From positions 62,001-126,000 of the forward strand of contig NMRA01000234.1 of assembly GCA_002633005.1 (NCBI GenBank): a stretch of 64,000 bases of DNA, written 5' to 3'. The position numbers were made by a program, and so were the translations under genes. The notes under the pieces were generated by a model that was given only the letters and a program-made list of their open reading frames with translations, ran no database searches and was not told the origin of the DNA. Source of the DNA: Phoronis australis. Lineage: Eukaryota; Animalia; Phoronida. The stretch's first letter is position 1. Each line of letters starts with the position of its first letter. This document shows positions 12,801 to 24,751 of the stretch, one piece after another.

Positions 12801-15800
12801 ATTTTCTATAAAGTTAGGTTTTTCTTTTTGCATCATTAAAATCTTATGTTTCAGATAAATGCTTCAGCAAATTGGCATGTGATGACTTTGTATGTAATAT
12901 AACTAATTATTACAAGAAAAAAGCAGCTTCCTGTAGGCTCCGTCTTATGAATAAAGCAGCTATACATTATATTTGGGACATGTTCTGCATCTCACACAAA
13001 CATAATAGGCATGGTTGACTGTTACAGCTAGTTCGGTTTAGCATAACACTTGCTTATAACATAACAGAACGAATACTACCCCAAGAACCAATTATGAGGA
13101 TAGACATGGTTGGCTTAATATGTAGCAAGCAAAACAGTCAGCTTAGACATGGCCTCATCATGTCAGTTTATACCATTTAATAACCACAATACAATGTACA
13201 ATTAATTAACATAGCCAGCGACAAAATTTATAGGTTATGGTCACAATGCTTCAGAGGGTAACGGTATAGTGTTTTTACCATTGCTTTGTAGTTGAAATAA
13301 AAGCTTTTTTGTCCAGATGGAGATACATGTCTATAATTCATATGTTCAAAGTATTGTAATGTGGTTTCCTGTCCACTCCAGACGAGCAGCCTAGGAAAGT
13401 ATGCATTGATCGGTGCCGCAGCCCATCTCGGTGGAACGGTCCGAATGACCATTAGTCTGACGGTAATCCTGGTCGAGTGTACGGGTGACATCACTTTTGG
13501 ACTTCCTCTACTCATGGTCTTGTTGATTGCCAAGTGGGTGGCAGATTTTTTTAATTCGGTAAGATTTTCCATCAGACTTTATTGGGATTAGCCAACACTA
13601 GAAATTCTAATTCGAAAATGTCGCACGTACAGATAGCCATGATTTGAGTTGGTAACGGAACTACCATTTGGTAGAAAATTTTGAGATAGATTTTATTCTA
13701 GCAAAATGCCTAAATGTGATTTGTTTTAACCACTTTAACTGGGCAATATATATTCTCACTGATGTAAGTCATTTGTAAAATTTAATTTCACAATGTCTCT
13801 AATGTCATTTATTCTAGGGTATATATGACCTGCATATTATGTTGATGGGCATCCCTCTCTTACCATGTGACCCTCCACCCGTCTGCTCCAACATTCCCAT
13901 CAAGTACGTATGCACTAACAGTAGCTGGAGGATTCTGTAAGGTTTTCATAGTATTTTACCCCCTACGTGCCGATGGCCAAGATGAAATTAGAAAATATTT
14001 ACCAAATGACTAGTAAATAACAGTTTTTGTACTTTCTATTTTAAATAGCACTAGGCAGTATCTATCATGTCTCCCATAAAAATATCCTAGCTCTGTTTCC
14101 AGAGAAAAAAATGCAGGATATTTGTTTAAGGTAGTTATATTATATAATCGCTCATGCCATATTATTTATTTTATGTTGGCCGCAAAACTTATTGTCTTTA
14201 ATGGGAGTGCTGTGGAACTGTGTTGGCCATTCTCTCAATTCTTCCTGGGAGTCCTATGAGTTTTTCACAGATTTCTATATAATAAGTTTGCGACATTTGT
14301 TTTAGCTTTTCTCATCTGATGATGATTGGTATCTGTAAAATTGAAGATTCAAGAGTAAATGTATATTATGTGTTTGTGTGTTTATGTTCTCTTTGTTTTT
14401 GCAAAAATATTGGGCAACTGTTGCATTGTGTACCTATAGAAGAGTGTGTCATTCCAAGTGTATGAGAGGTCTGTGAGGAGCCTAGAATCAGTAGCGTAGT
14501 GTTCTGAGGCACTGTCTTGTGTATACCATGAGGAAAGTATAGAAACTTTATTTTTAACATTATTTCATCAGATGCTTTACATGACCTTCAAGAATAATTT
14601 TGAGGACACTTTTGGACCATATTCAAAAGCACTGCATAATCTTTAATTGAGGTCCGTGTACTATAGTGTTTCCTTGGTTTCCAGAGAAGTAATGCTCAGT
14701 CCGGTCATTTGCTTCAAGCCCATCGAGACAGTAGGCAACATAGTGCAAGTTCTTAGGTCGTCTTCACACAATGGCTTCCCAGTTGTTGATTCACACAAGA
14801 CAGACAAGACAGGGGTGGGTAGCTCATATGTTTTTTACATTCCACCTTTTAAAGGTTAAACAAGTGCTATTTTTGATCTGCTACCTTGCTAAAAATATAT
14901 ATTCCTGGTTATCTTGGAGAGACATTTTTGTGTTAATGTGTTTGCCTTGGGGTTCATTTATTCCATTGAACAATAAAACGTGATGTGAATGGTCCAGCAA
15001 TAGGCCAATGTCTTGGTTCTGTATTCACGTCCATTGAGCAAACATGACTTTCACAGACTGTGTTTAGTCAATAGCCAATAGGACATTGTGTTTGCTCAGT
15101 GGAAGTGAATCCAGAAACCAGAGGTGGGCCTTTTGTTGGGTAGTTGAGACCATTTTCTAGTGTTCTGTGGATAAATAATGCACACCAGTATAACAATAAT
15201 TAGCATAGAAATATATCTGTAAGAGAACTGTGGTTTTGTATGTCAAAAATGGTTGCATGCCCTTTAGGTTAGACTCGCTTTAACTGGGCACACACCTGCA
15301 GTGATGAGGTAAATAGATGATTTAGCAAAGCCTTAAGTACTTAGATGCAGGGTTGTAGGAAGTGTGGTGTCAGGGGGGGGGGTACATGTCTCAGTATTTT
15401 TCAGTGGCAGGTGCAAGATTTTTAAGGTGATTAGGGGGAAGAGTGCTTGGGGGCAAAGTGATGTCGGGGAATAGTTTATGTTGAAGTTGAATTTGTGTGT
15501 CCCCGGCCATAACTTTTACCGTCACATACAGACTTGAGAATTTATATTTTGAGTATGTTTGTCTTTGTAGCACTTGAATCTTGCCTTTTAAATAGTGCTG
15601 AAATATACAAGGGGGGGGGGGTTGGAGTGTGTCCAAGTAAAATACTACTTTTCAAAGTTGTATAATTATATCAGGGGACCAGAGTTTGATAAAGTGGTGG
15701 TTGTATATATATTTTGTGCATTATCACTTGCTGTATGGCATAAAGGGGTAAGGCAAACACACTGTTTTGATGTGAAGTTTGGTTTAATTGCAAATTCACT

Positions 15801-18800
15801 CTAGTTGGTGTCACTCGTGCACTACTTCTCAATTTTTGTGTTTTTGTGGTGTCTGACTTCAGCCATGTCCTGTTAACTGAAAGATCAAACAATGGGTGCA
15901 TTCCACTCAACTAAGTTTCAATTCAATCTACTAGGATTATCCAAGAATATTCATTGAGGGCAAAGCAACAGATGTCCATAATGAATCGCCACACAATGGC
16001 TGGGGGGTATATTGGGCTGTGAACATCACATCCCGGCAGTCTGAGGCATAAATAATCAATTAGAATTCGAGGAGTTTAATAAACTTGAAAATTTATCTAG
16101 GATAACAACAAAATCTTCACTAACCGGTGAATAATTGAATGTTCAGTTGGTTTCAATCGTTATATTTTAGTTCAATGTTTTCCATGGACGTAAGACGTTT
16201 GGGACATGCCGAGGACTCATTCTAAGGTCCCATCTTCTGCTGCTGTTGAAACACCGAGTAAGTTCTGTCATCATCTGCACTTGTCATCTTTTACATTTCA
16301 TTCTTGTTTGGTTCCAAAATGATGTGTTAGTCATCTGGACTGCCTTCTCTTGGCCTAAGACACTCGCAAGACATGCTCGTGTCATCATATGCTTTGGTTG
16401 TAATGCATTGGGATATCTCTCAAAAACTTGCATGATCTTGTGCTTCTTACAAGATACTTAGTCAACAGAATGCACTGGACAGCTCAGGCCTTTTTGCCAG
16501 AAGTGTGGCGGTAGGTGCACCGAAAGTTGCCAAATTTTTCGTATTCATTTGATCTGGCAACCTGTAGAAGTGTTTGGGCTTTACAGTTTGGAAGCAAATC
16601 GCGATGGTATCTTTAACTCCACCATCACACATATTGAACTCTTACTGTTAAAGTCTATTAAGACACAATATGGAGAAAAAGTTATTGGCATATGTTCTCA
16701 TTTATTAAAAATGAGTAGCACTTCATTGGCTCAAAATCATTTTTAAAGTTCTTTACGGTAACTGCTCTCATAAAATATTTTGAAGAGTTGACTGCATTTG
16801 TAATTATGATAGAATTAGCCCTTAAGGATGTAAACTAGTAATTTTGGCAACCAGTTGTGTCCATAAGAGATGAGATTTTACCCTACTTCACCAACACTTA
16901 CAGCATGGCCCTAAAGGTATCTAGAGACTGACTGTCATGTTGTAATGGAATTTAATTATTGTTACGAAACAGCATTATGTTGTCATGTCATCACTGCACT
17001 ATGTTGTCATGTCTTCATTGCACTATGTTGTCATGTTTTCATTGCACTATGCTGTCATGTTTTCATTGCACTATGTTGTCATGTCTTCACTCCACTGTGT
17101 TCGTGTCTTCATTGCACTGTGTTGTCATGTCTTCACTCCACTGTGTTCATGTCTTCATTGCACTATGTTGTCATGTCTTCACTCCACTGTGTTCATGTCT
17201 TCATTGCACTGTGTTGTCATGTCTTCACTCCACTGTGTTGTCATGTCCTCACTGCACTACGTGTTGTCACGTCTTCACTGCGCTTCATTGCACTGTGTTG
17301 TCTCGTCTTCAATGCACTGTGTTGTCATGTCTTCACTGCACTATGTTGCCATGTCTTCACTGTACTGTGTTGTCATGTCGTGAACACATCCACTACCACA
17401 AGAAACTTTAGGGACACCACATTTATCCACCTTTACTCTTATCAGGCTTCTGTTGTAAGTCAGCACGCGGATAAGCCACCTGGCTGAATGGATGACCAGG
17501 CCATAAAATGATAATTAACCAAGACCAGTTAAATAATGCTGCATGGAATAGTTAATACCATCATGGCAATTTTGAAAGAGTGCCTCTGGGCATCTTCTGC
17601 TAGTCTTTCGCTGAAAGTGTTTAAAAAAACTTGGTTTACCGACCTCTGATTTTCTGGATTATGCAAATTTAATATTAAAAATCAAATATGCAATGTTTTC
17701 ATTTCCGCCATCATTATGCTATGGAAACAAGAAAAAATTGGCAACAATCCATACAAGCAACAAAGAATATGTTGTAGCATCACCTAGTCTTGGTGGAAAG
17801 GTCAGGTATACTCGGCGCTTACAAAAATTCATTTCACGGGGAGGGGACGCTTATTGTAGCCTAAGGCAGTTGAAACCCGGTTTCTGAAACGAGTAAAATT
17901 GGAAGCTAGGATTTATCAAATTTACGCTCTGTGACCTATCTTTATCTTAAGCCTATGACAGTCTTTCATGTCCTGAACACATCCACTAAAACAAGAAACT
18001 GTAGGAACACTGCATTTATCCACCTTCACTCTTATCAGGCTTCTATTGTGAGTCAGCATGCGTGAATAATTGGCTGATAAGCCACCTCTGGAACTACTTT
18101 TGGCTGAATGGATGACCAGGCCATAAAATGATAATTAGCCAAGACCAGTTACTATAATGCAACAAAGAATATTAATGTCTTGCATCACCTAGCCTTGGTG
18201 GAAAGCTGTATACTGTATTGGCTCAAACAAACGCTTAGAAAAATTCATTTCACGGGGAGGGGACGCTTATTGTAGCCGAGTGAGCCTACGGCAGTTGAAA
18301 CCCGGTTTCCAAAACGGGTAAAATCGGAAGCTAGGATTCATGAAATTTACGCTCTGTGACGTAGTTGTAGCCTATGACAGCCTTTCTACAAAATTGTGGT
18401 GCATTGCTATCAACTTCCGTTGTTAAATTACAATAATTTTTCAAAAAATTGTGCTCATCACAGGGCGAAAACTTGCCGACTGATGCGTCGCTGAATTGCG
18501 ATCGTCAATAGGAAAACTTGAACTCTTGAATAAAAATATAGTTTCGACTCAACAAATTACCTGAAATCTTCCTTATGTTTTACAATTTTTAAAGTTCATG
18601 TGGAGTCCAGATTAATTGCGATTAAGTCCAAATCTGCACTACATCGTACCCACAACACGAGAAAAATCTCTGGATGAACACACATGTTGTTGTCACGTGA
18701 CGTTTGTTTTGAAGTTCGTCTGCGTATGAGAGTGAGAGCGCCTGCGGGTCATTGACGACAGACTTTTGTTAGAAAAGGCGGAGGATAATGCAAGAAAATG

Positions 18801-21800
18801 GCATTTATTAGATTGTTTTTCACTTAAACGTCTGTAACGTGCAAGGTGAGTGCCGGTTAACTCACAGATTTTGTGTGCATAGGCCGACGGTCGTTAGCTC
18901 TACCGTGGAGTAAAACATTAATAGTCCTAGGTTCGATCTACATGTTGGGGACGAGGTAGTGACGACGTGAACTAGCCGGGCTGTGTGAAATTTCTGGGTC
19001 TAACGGAGACACTGACGCAATGGTACCTATAGTCAGCCAGCTCGCTGTATCAAGACTATCGTCAAAATCCAAATTCGTTTTATCGTGTCCCTGTCAATAA
19101 TAACGACATGCTAAAGTTTCTTAATGTTCGTACTTCAGGAACATAACAATCCCGTGTTTTGTATACTTACGCGCACGCCGCAGAACACATCTCGGAAATT
19201 TCCGATTTGACCACAATGAAATTGAACAACGTCATTTTACATCTGGTAAGAGCTATAATAATAAACGTATTTTTAATATTGCAATGCATGTGTTCCAAAA
19301 TCTAAATAACTGGTCCTATATTTTTGTATTGGTGCGCGCCGAATGAAAGTAATCTTGAGTGTTGCTGTGTTGATAAATCTCTTATTCTGGGCTGATTTGA
19401 AAAATTCAAAGTTGTACCAACATTTTTTCCTCTCTTCAAATATTACACTCAAAACTACCAAAAACACTCTTCATAAAAAGTACGGTCATCTAGGCCAGAT
19501 TGTTATCTGCTGATTGTATTCGCATGAGCGAAGCCAATTATCCTCGCTCGTGACTCGATGAATAGAGTAGCTAGGCGGGATCCCTTTGATCGTGAGCCGA
19601 GTGCATCACAGCCAATGTGGATAAATATGGTCTAGTTCAATTGGCCAAACCCCACAGTTTTCCCTGATCAGTGGGGTTGTGACGTCATCTTGTTTAGTGG
19701 GAATGTTCACAGCATGTTATGTCTTCACTGTACTATGTTGCCATATGTCTTCACTGCACTACGTCGCCATGTCTTCACTATACTGTGTTGTTATGTCTTC
19801 ACTGCACTGTGTTGTCACGTCTTCTTTGCACTGTGTTGTCACGTCTTCACTGCACTGTGTTGTCATGTCTTCACTGCTCTGTGTTGTCTTGTCTTCACTA
19901 CACTTGAAATCCATAATAAAACTCTTTGTTTTCTACATTCTGAAGACAGTCATGTAACTTATTTGCATTTTTAGTGAAGTGCATTTAATGTGTAATGTTT
20001 GCTGATGTAAAGTAAAGTATAGATTGTTATTGCTTGTTGAGATGAGGTTTTTTAAATTTAGAATTATGCAAGGGCACGCAGCTCGACCCTGTAATGTATT
20101 GAATGGTGCATGCTAAAATGTTTTGAATGTGTCACCATTGTAGGTTTACAAAGATGGCAATAAACTGAGCATGAAGCACTTCCGTAACATGTATAAACTA
20201 TCACAGGTTGAGGTAAGTTTTGATTCAAGTTAATTTATTTAATATTCATTTTTAAGCGCCCATGTATATGTATTATGCGATTCCCTATTGCTATCATCTC
20301 TCTCTCTCTGTGTCTGACATCAGGTACTATTTTTACATTTACAAGTTGTCAGTGAATACAACTGCACTTTGTTAAGCATAGATCATGTTGAAATAGCATA
20401 ATTATTGTAGTTTAGTTCCTGCTGTACATTAGCATATAGTTAGGAGCATGCATCACTAAAATGATTTTATGGACTGAACAGTGGTAAAAATGCAAAGCAT
20501 GTAAATCTTCGAAATGGGCAATAAAAAGCAGGAATTCATATAAATAGAAAGAAATAAACTGCCATAAGCAATGAGGGTTGAAAACTAATCTTCAAAAATA
20601 CCCAGAGCTTTAATTTATAATTGAAAGGGAAAGCGACCATTTTTGATGTAACCTTTTATTACTAAAGTTACAGATGCCTGATTATCTTGCAGGTATATTT
20701 ATCCTTTTTAATTGCTGTACTCCTGCTGTGTATATACTTTCCATGCAACAACTCAAACACCGACATGTATCAAAAAGCCCACATTGCTTCTGAATTAACT
20801 TTCATTAACCAAACAGGAACTACATGCAATGAAAGTCAAGGCTCTGTTTGATACCTCGATTTTGGAAACTATCTACCCGTGTCGGCAAAGTTATCTCTGA
20901 CCTCAAATCTGTTAAAACAGGTGTTCCCCAGGGGTCAATACTGGGCCCCTTGCTATTTTGCATCTTTGTCAATGATCTCCCCACAGCAATTTTTCTCTAT
21001 GCTGATGACACTACAATACTGTCCGCAGGCAGAACCTCTTCTGCAATCCAGGCCAATCTCAACTGTGATTTAGCAATCATTTTAGATTGGCTTGTATCCA
21101 ATAAATTATCCTTAAATGTGTCAAAAATTAAAACTCTTCTATTTGGCACGTCCCAAAGACTTAGAAACCAAACCCTGTCATTAAGTATGGATGGAAGACC
21201 AATTGATAACGTCAATTCCTTTAAATATCTGGGACTAATATATGATCAAAATCTTGAAATTGGCTCCCCACGTTGATTATATCTCGAAAAAGGTGTCTAA
21301 GAAAATTGGCGTATTGAAACGCATCAGTAAATTTGTTAACAGAGCAACACTGAAAACCCTTTTTAATGCTATCAGTCAACCTCGCCTAGATTATTGCCTC
21401 CCGGTGTGGGGTGTTGCATCAGACAAGGATATGAAAACCATCCAGGTTATCCAAAATAGGGCTGCCCGGATGATTCTGGGAGCTGGTGTTAGAGATATTA
21501 ACATCGAAAACCTTCACAAAGAGACTGGAATATTGAAAATTCACACAAGACATCAATTCCTATCTGCTTGTTGTATGTACATAATAATGTTTTAAAGGTC
21601 TTGTCCCAACATACTTATGTACTAAGTTTAAGATGACTACTAATCGCTACAATGCTAGGTCCTCATCATCATCAAATTTTAATCTTCCTAAACGCAGAAA
21701 CGAAACTGGGAAAAAATCATTTTCCTACAACAGACCCTTTTTATGGAACTCTCTCCCTGCAGATGCCAAATCTACATCATCTTTTATAACCTTTAAAAGA

Positions 21801-24751
21801 ATAAAAAGAAATAGATTTAACTTCATGTAGTGTGTAAGAATTGCATGTTTATACATAAGTGCATATTTCTATGTGGTCTTACTTTTATTAATTATTTATT
21901 GTCTGTTTTTAATTATTTATATTGTAGTTAATTATCTTGTCTTAATTTCTTTATCTTCTATTTATCATATTTCATTTTTTTATTTTGCTTCATCAGTCTT
22001 TCCATGTTAATTTCTTATTCTTTGCTTATTATTTAAATTTGTCTTTCATTTTGTAATTCTGTTTTTGTCTTACTATCTGTTTTGTTTTTACTGAGGGCCC
22101 CCATGGAAAGCAGTGTGAACTGATGGGGTTACCCTCATTGTAAATATTACATTAATAAATAAATAGATCTCTTGGCCCCATTCTTTCATCAAAACATTAT
22201 AAAATCACATGAAATTTCCTTCGTCAGATCCAAAAATTCCCCTTCAATTCTCTCAAGAGAAACATAAGAAATGTGTTGTGTAACCATTTGTTTATGTCAA
22301 AGCCTCATCAGATTCTGAAAAAGATTATTTTTATGTTTAGATACATTTTTAGCAGTGGATTGGGACAGTGTTAAATATTCATTGTGTTTTAAAGTACATC
22401 AAAATCCTGTAGCTGTATCTGATTTTTTGATGACAGCAACCAAGCCCAAATAAATATATGCAAGGTCTGTTTATTGCTTCAACATACTTTTCAGGATATT
22501 ATAACAAAGGCAAGTCGAATGATTGTTTTGTGATTTTTGCTTCTTTGCCTGTTTGCTTGTGACTCAAGTCTATGAGGTGGTGCATAGGAGATGACAAGAT
22601 TTTCTGCAGTTACAGTCTATCACCCCCAAACTATCTGACAATGAATGAACTTCATTAAAACACAACTAAACTTTTTGTTTGAAAGCTTGATACCGAGTCG
22701 CTCGTAGCTATACAGAAAAACACCGAGGGACATAAGAACTATATTTCGAGACTGCATGTCTCATCAGCAGGCAATAAGTGGAATGAACATATACATAGCA
22801 AAATAAACAGCTTTCAAACAAAAAGTTTAGTCGTGTTTTCAATGAAGTTTGTGTTACAAAGGGCCGCTACCAAACTGTACTGATAATAAATGAATGAATC
22901 CACATTAGTTTACACTGCCTATTGAACTTGTCCATTGTATTTGGAGATCCCTAATTTTATGAAGTGGAAACATAATCAGCATTCTGCAAGTGAAAGTCTT
23001 AATTTTGTAATGCCATTTAAAGTTGCCAGTTTGGATTTCAGTTAGTTCACTGACTTTAAAAAATCTAAGAACTAGCTGAAAAACATTGTGAAAATTATTT
23101 TTTAAAAATTTTAGATTTATTTTTTTTGTAAACTAGGCCAGAGTTGTTTGTTATTGTTTGTAACCAGATGAGATCATGCCTCACCAACTCTTAGCAGATC
23201 AACCCTAGGTGAATGAGGGATTGGAACCTAAGGTTTTTGATGTAGTGACGTGAAGTTCTGGGGTAAAAATACTCCGATACCTATAGAAATGTATACAGAA
23301 GGTGTAACTGAGGAATTTTACCAATGGCTTGATTTATGAATGCTGTTGAAATATTAATGATATTTATGTTCTTATTCAATTGAATGACAAATCAGGTTTT
23401 CCGTAATGTATCCATCACTTGTTGGGCAAATAATTCTGTGTTTTAGAATCGCTGTGTTGACTGTGTGTTGTGTGTTTGCTTTATTGCTGATTGGTGTAGG
23501 AGTTAGCCTAACTGTTGGACTTTCTAATACTGCTAAGTGCTGAACACTGCACCATCAAAACAAGCATTCCTACTGATTCCTTGCTTATTTGAAAGAGCTC
23601 TGTCTGACTGCATGTTGTCAAAAATGATTAGTGACACTTTAAATGTACGCATTATTGTTTCACAACATTATGTATTTATTGCAGGAGGTGGACATAGATA
23701 TGTTTGAAAATGAACGCCAATGTAGGGTTGACCTTCGACCTTATATGAACCCATCCCCCCACACTGTATTTCATGTAAGCATTAATATTAAAACAACTGT
23801 GTCATTTATGAATATCAGCACTGAATAACAATTATAAAGCAATACTTATTGTATAATATCATTTAATTCAATTTTAATAAACTGAAAAAAATAAATTTTA
23901 TTGAGTAACTAGACATAAGATCTATAAATGTTACTATTTTGCGTTTTCAATTTTAAAGTTTCTCCTGCTTGTCTTTGATAGTTTTGATATTTGCTGGTGT
24001 TTCTTTCAGAATGTCTCTTTGCCAAGGACATTCAACATCTTCCGTGGTCTTGGTCTTCGCCATCTTATTGTGGTCACGGATGACAACAGGGTAATAATGC
24101 ATGTCCACACAGTCCCAACAGCACAATATATTTAGTCTTTATTAGTTAGGTATCCTACTGAATGTATTAACTTTATCTAATCAAAGCTACAAAATATTTG
24201 TGTGTTTACTGGATGAGATGATGAAAAATGGAAGGTGGATGAATTTTTAGTGTCTGCCCAATGGGGTCTGTGCTACATTTGACTATATCCAGTGGAAATC
24301 TTAAAGCATTCTACTATACATACTTGGCAGGGTGTTTTTTAGAAACTTGAACCCAGGCGTGATCAAGTGGAGAGGGTTAGAGGGTGATAGAGATTTGAAA
24401 CCAGGCTTGAACATGTGACAAGGCATGTTAGGAAGGTGAAACCATGTGGCAATACAGATACGTAACTTTAAAAGAATTGGTGTCTCTGCTCTGTATTTAA
24501 ATATTTTGAGTGCATAACAACACATGGTTGACTCCTTGTCTAATGCTTGATGACTATAGCTATTGAAGAAGATGAGCTAGTCTCCAATACTTGTGATTAG
24601 CTAAGAATATTGCAACACTGGTGAGAATGTTACACTTTTGGTTCCACTGTAGGTGATGGGGATGGTTACAAGGAAAGACCTAGCCAAGTTCAGGACACTT
24701 CAAAAGAGGGGCCTACTCAAGATTCTCAAGTTACACATCCAAGATAAATAA
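810..24751 (+). CDS. CLCN7: CLC-7-type lysosomal Cl-/H+ exchanger (21 coding exons in window; N-terminus probably upstream of 810)
   Basis: Phase-consistent exons: 810-917, 2076-2141, 2684-2816, 3806-3915, 4454-4597, 5351-5434, 6314-6407, 6932-6996, 9592-9702, 10946-11067, 11304-11448, 11812-11905, 12481-12650, 13382-13558, 13818-13903, 14685-14814, 16171-16257, 20144-20212, 23685-23774, 24010-24090, 24653-24751 (TAA). Motifs: [18 protein letters not shown] (gating Glu), [36 protein letters not shown] (proton Glu), [19 protein letters not shown], and CBS domains ([28 protein letters not shown]). Could be a divergent CLC-7 paralogue. Confidence 0.9.
2322..2402. repeat. Short tandem repeat, about 32-bp unit (AGATTAAAGGAAGCATACGCCTGCATAGCATT), about 2.5 copies
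   Basis: Direct repeats visible in the sequence. Confidence 0.8.
2817..3805 (+). other. U12-type (minor spliceosome) GT-AG intron in CLCN7
   Basis: Donor GTATCCTTTG at 2817; branch-like ACTTTAAT at 3787-3794, about 12 nt before the AG at 3804-3805; no real polypyrimidine tract; the phase-1 join keeps the frame (VTM-L-IDRC). Confidence 0.85.
6390..6720 (+). repeat. 24-bp minisatellite (GTATGTCATTTGCTGCCCCTGTAG) x13, derived from a CLCN7 exon/intron junction
   Basis: 13 units from 6408 to 6720. Each unit is the first intron bases GTATGT plus the last exon bases CATTTG.TGCCCCTGTAG. Confidence 0.95.
7515..9219 (-). mobile_element. RTE-clade non-LTR retrotransposon, internally deleted and frameshifted (5' UTR joined to the C-terminal half of RT)
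   Basis: Minus-strand ORF pieces 8313-8624, 7875-8300 and 7558-7920 carry [49 protein letters not shown] and a C-terminal CxxC...HxxxH finger. 3' end is ...GGACAACCAAC. A 12-bp target-site duplication CAATGTCCAACT lies at 7503-7514 and 9220-9231. Confidence 0.93.
9029..9219 (-). ncRNA. Putative HDV-like self-cleaving ribozyme at the 5' end of the RTE element
   Basis: Hand fold: P1 GGGGUGU(9219-9213)/ACACCCC(9073-9067); P2 CUC-ACCUG-U(9114-9106)/A-C-CAGGU-U-GAG(9039-9029); P3 GGC(9105-9103)/GCC(9076-9074); L3 starts UCC and pairs with GG(9066-9065) as P1.1; P4 CCGCUU-CGAC-AGGCGG; J4/2 GCUAA with candidate catalytic C at 9043. Confidence 0.7.
10483..10810. repeat. 15-bp minisatellite (GGCCCATCTCTATGT), about 22 copies
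   Basis: Tandem units are visible and explain the repetitive GHIEM/WPISM ORFs. Confidence 0.95.
14993..15140. mobile_element. Imperfect fold-back element, MITE-like, about 150 bp
   Basis: TGGTTCTGTATTCACGTCCATTGAGCAAACA is an imperfect inverted repeat of TGTTTGCTCAGTGGAAGTGAATCCAGAAACCA, and the pairing extends outward imperfectly. Confidence 0.55.
16975..17380. repeat. 24/21-bp minisatellite (TGTTGTCATGTCTTCACTGCACTG), left part
   Basis: Tandem units; source of the ALCCHVF-type spurious ORFs. Confidence 0.93.
17381..19709. mobile_element. Degenerate non-autonomous TIR element inserted in the minisatellite, with a duplicated left end
   Basis: Left end TGAACACATCCACTA..ACAAG at 17381 and again at 17974; right end reverse-complements to TGAACATTCCCACTAAACAAG (ends 19709). 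Subterminal CCACATTTATCCAC matches GTGGATAAATATGG (~19617) in inverted orientation. 17381-17965 and 17974-18385 are diverged direct copies. No transposase ORF. Confidence 0.55.
19715..19900. repeat. 24-bp minisatellite, right part (same unit as 16975-17380)
   Basis: The same TGTTGTCATGTCTTCACTGCACTG unit resumes after the insertion. Confidence 0.9.
20870..22165 (+). mobile_element. 5'-truncated, frameshifted CR1/L2-group LINE remnant (RT C-half, AT-rich 3' UTR, (TAAA)n tail)
   Basis: [56 protein letters not shown] in ORFs 20848-21276, 21242-21595 and 21633-21830; ends ...ATTAATAAATAAATA near 22165. Confidence 0.88.
22648..22849. mobile_element. Small element bounded by ~40-bp inverted repeats, with a decayed minimal hammerhead-like motif on the - strand (22739-22771); possible Penelope-like terminal remnant
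   Basis: 22648-22687 AACTTCATTAAAACACAACTAAACTTTTTGTTTGAAAGCT is a near-perfect inverted repeat of 22809-22849. Internal minus-strand motif: C-CTGCTGA-T-GAGAC-ATGCA-GTCTC-GAA-ATAT-A-G. Confidence 0.6.

Noticed and set aside
16945-17487. Cys/His-rich ORFs resembling metallothionein or keratin-associated proteins (also 19679-19974)
   Set aside because: All three frames are open because of a stop-free 24-bp tandem repeat; no evidence of coding constraint.
18885-18945. tRNA-like A/B boxes (also 50748-50811) as tRNA genes
   Set aside because: No cloverleaf or acceptor stem can be formed; at most decayed SINE heads.
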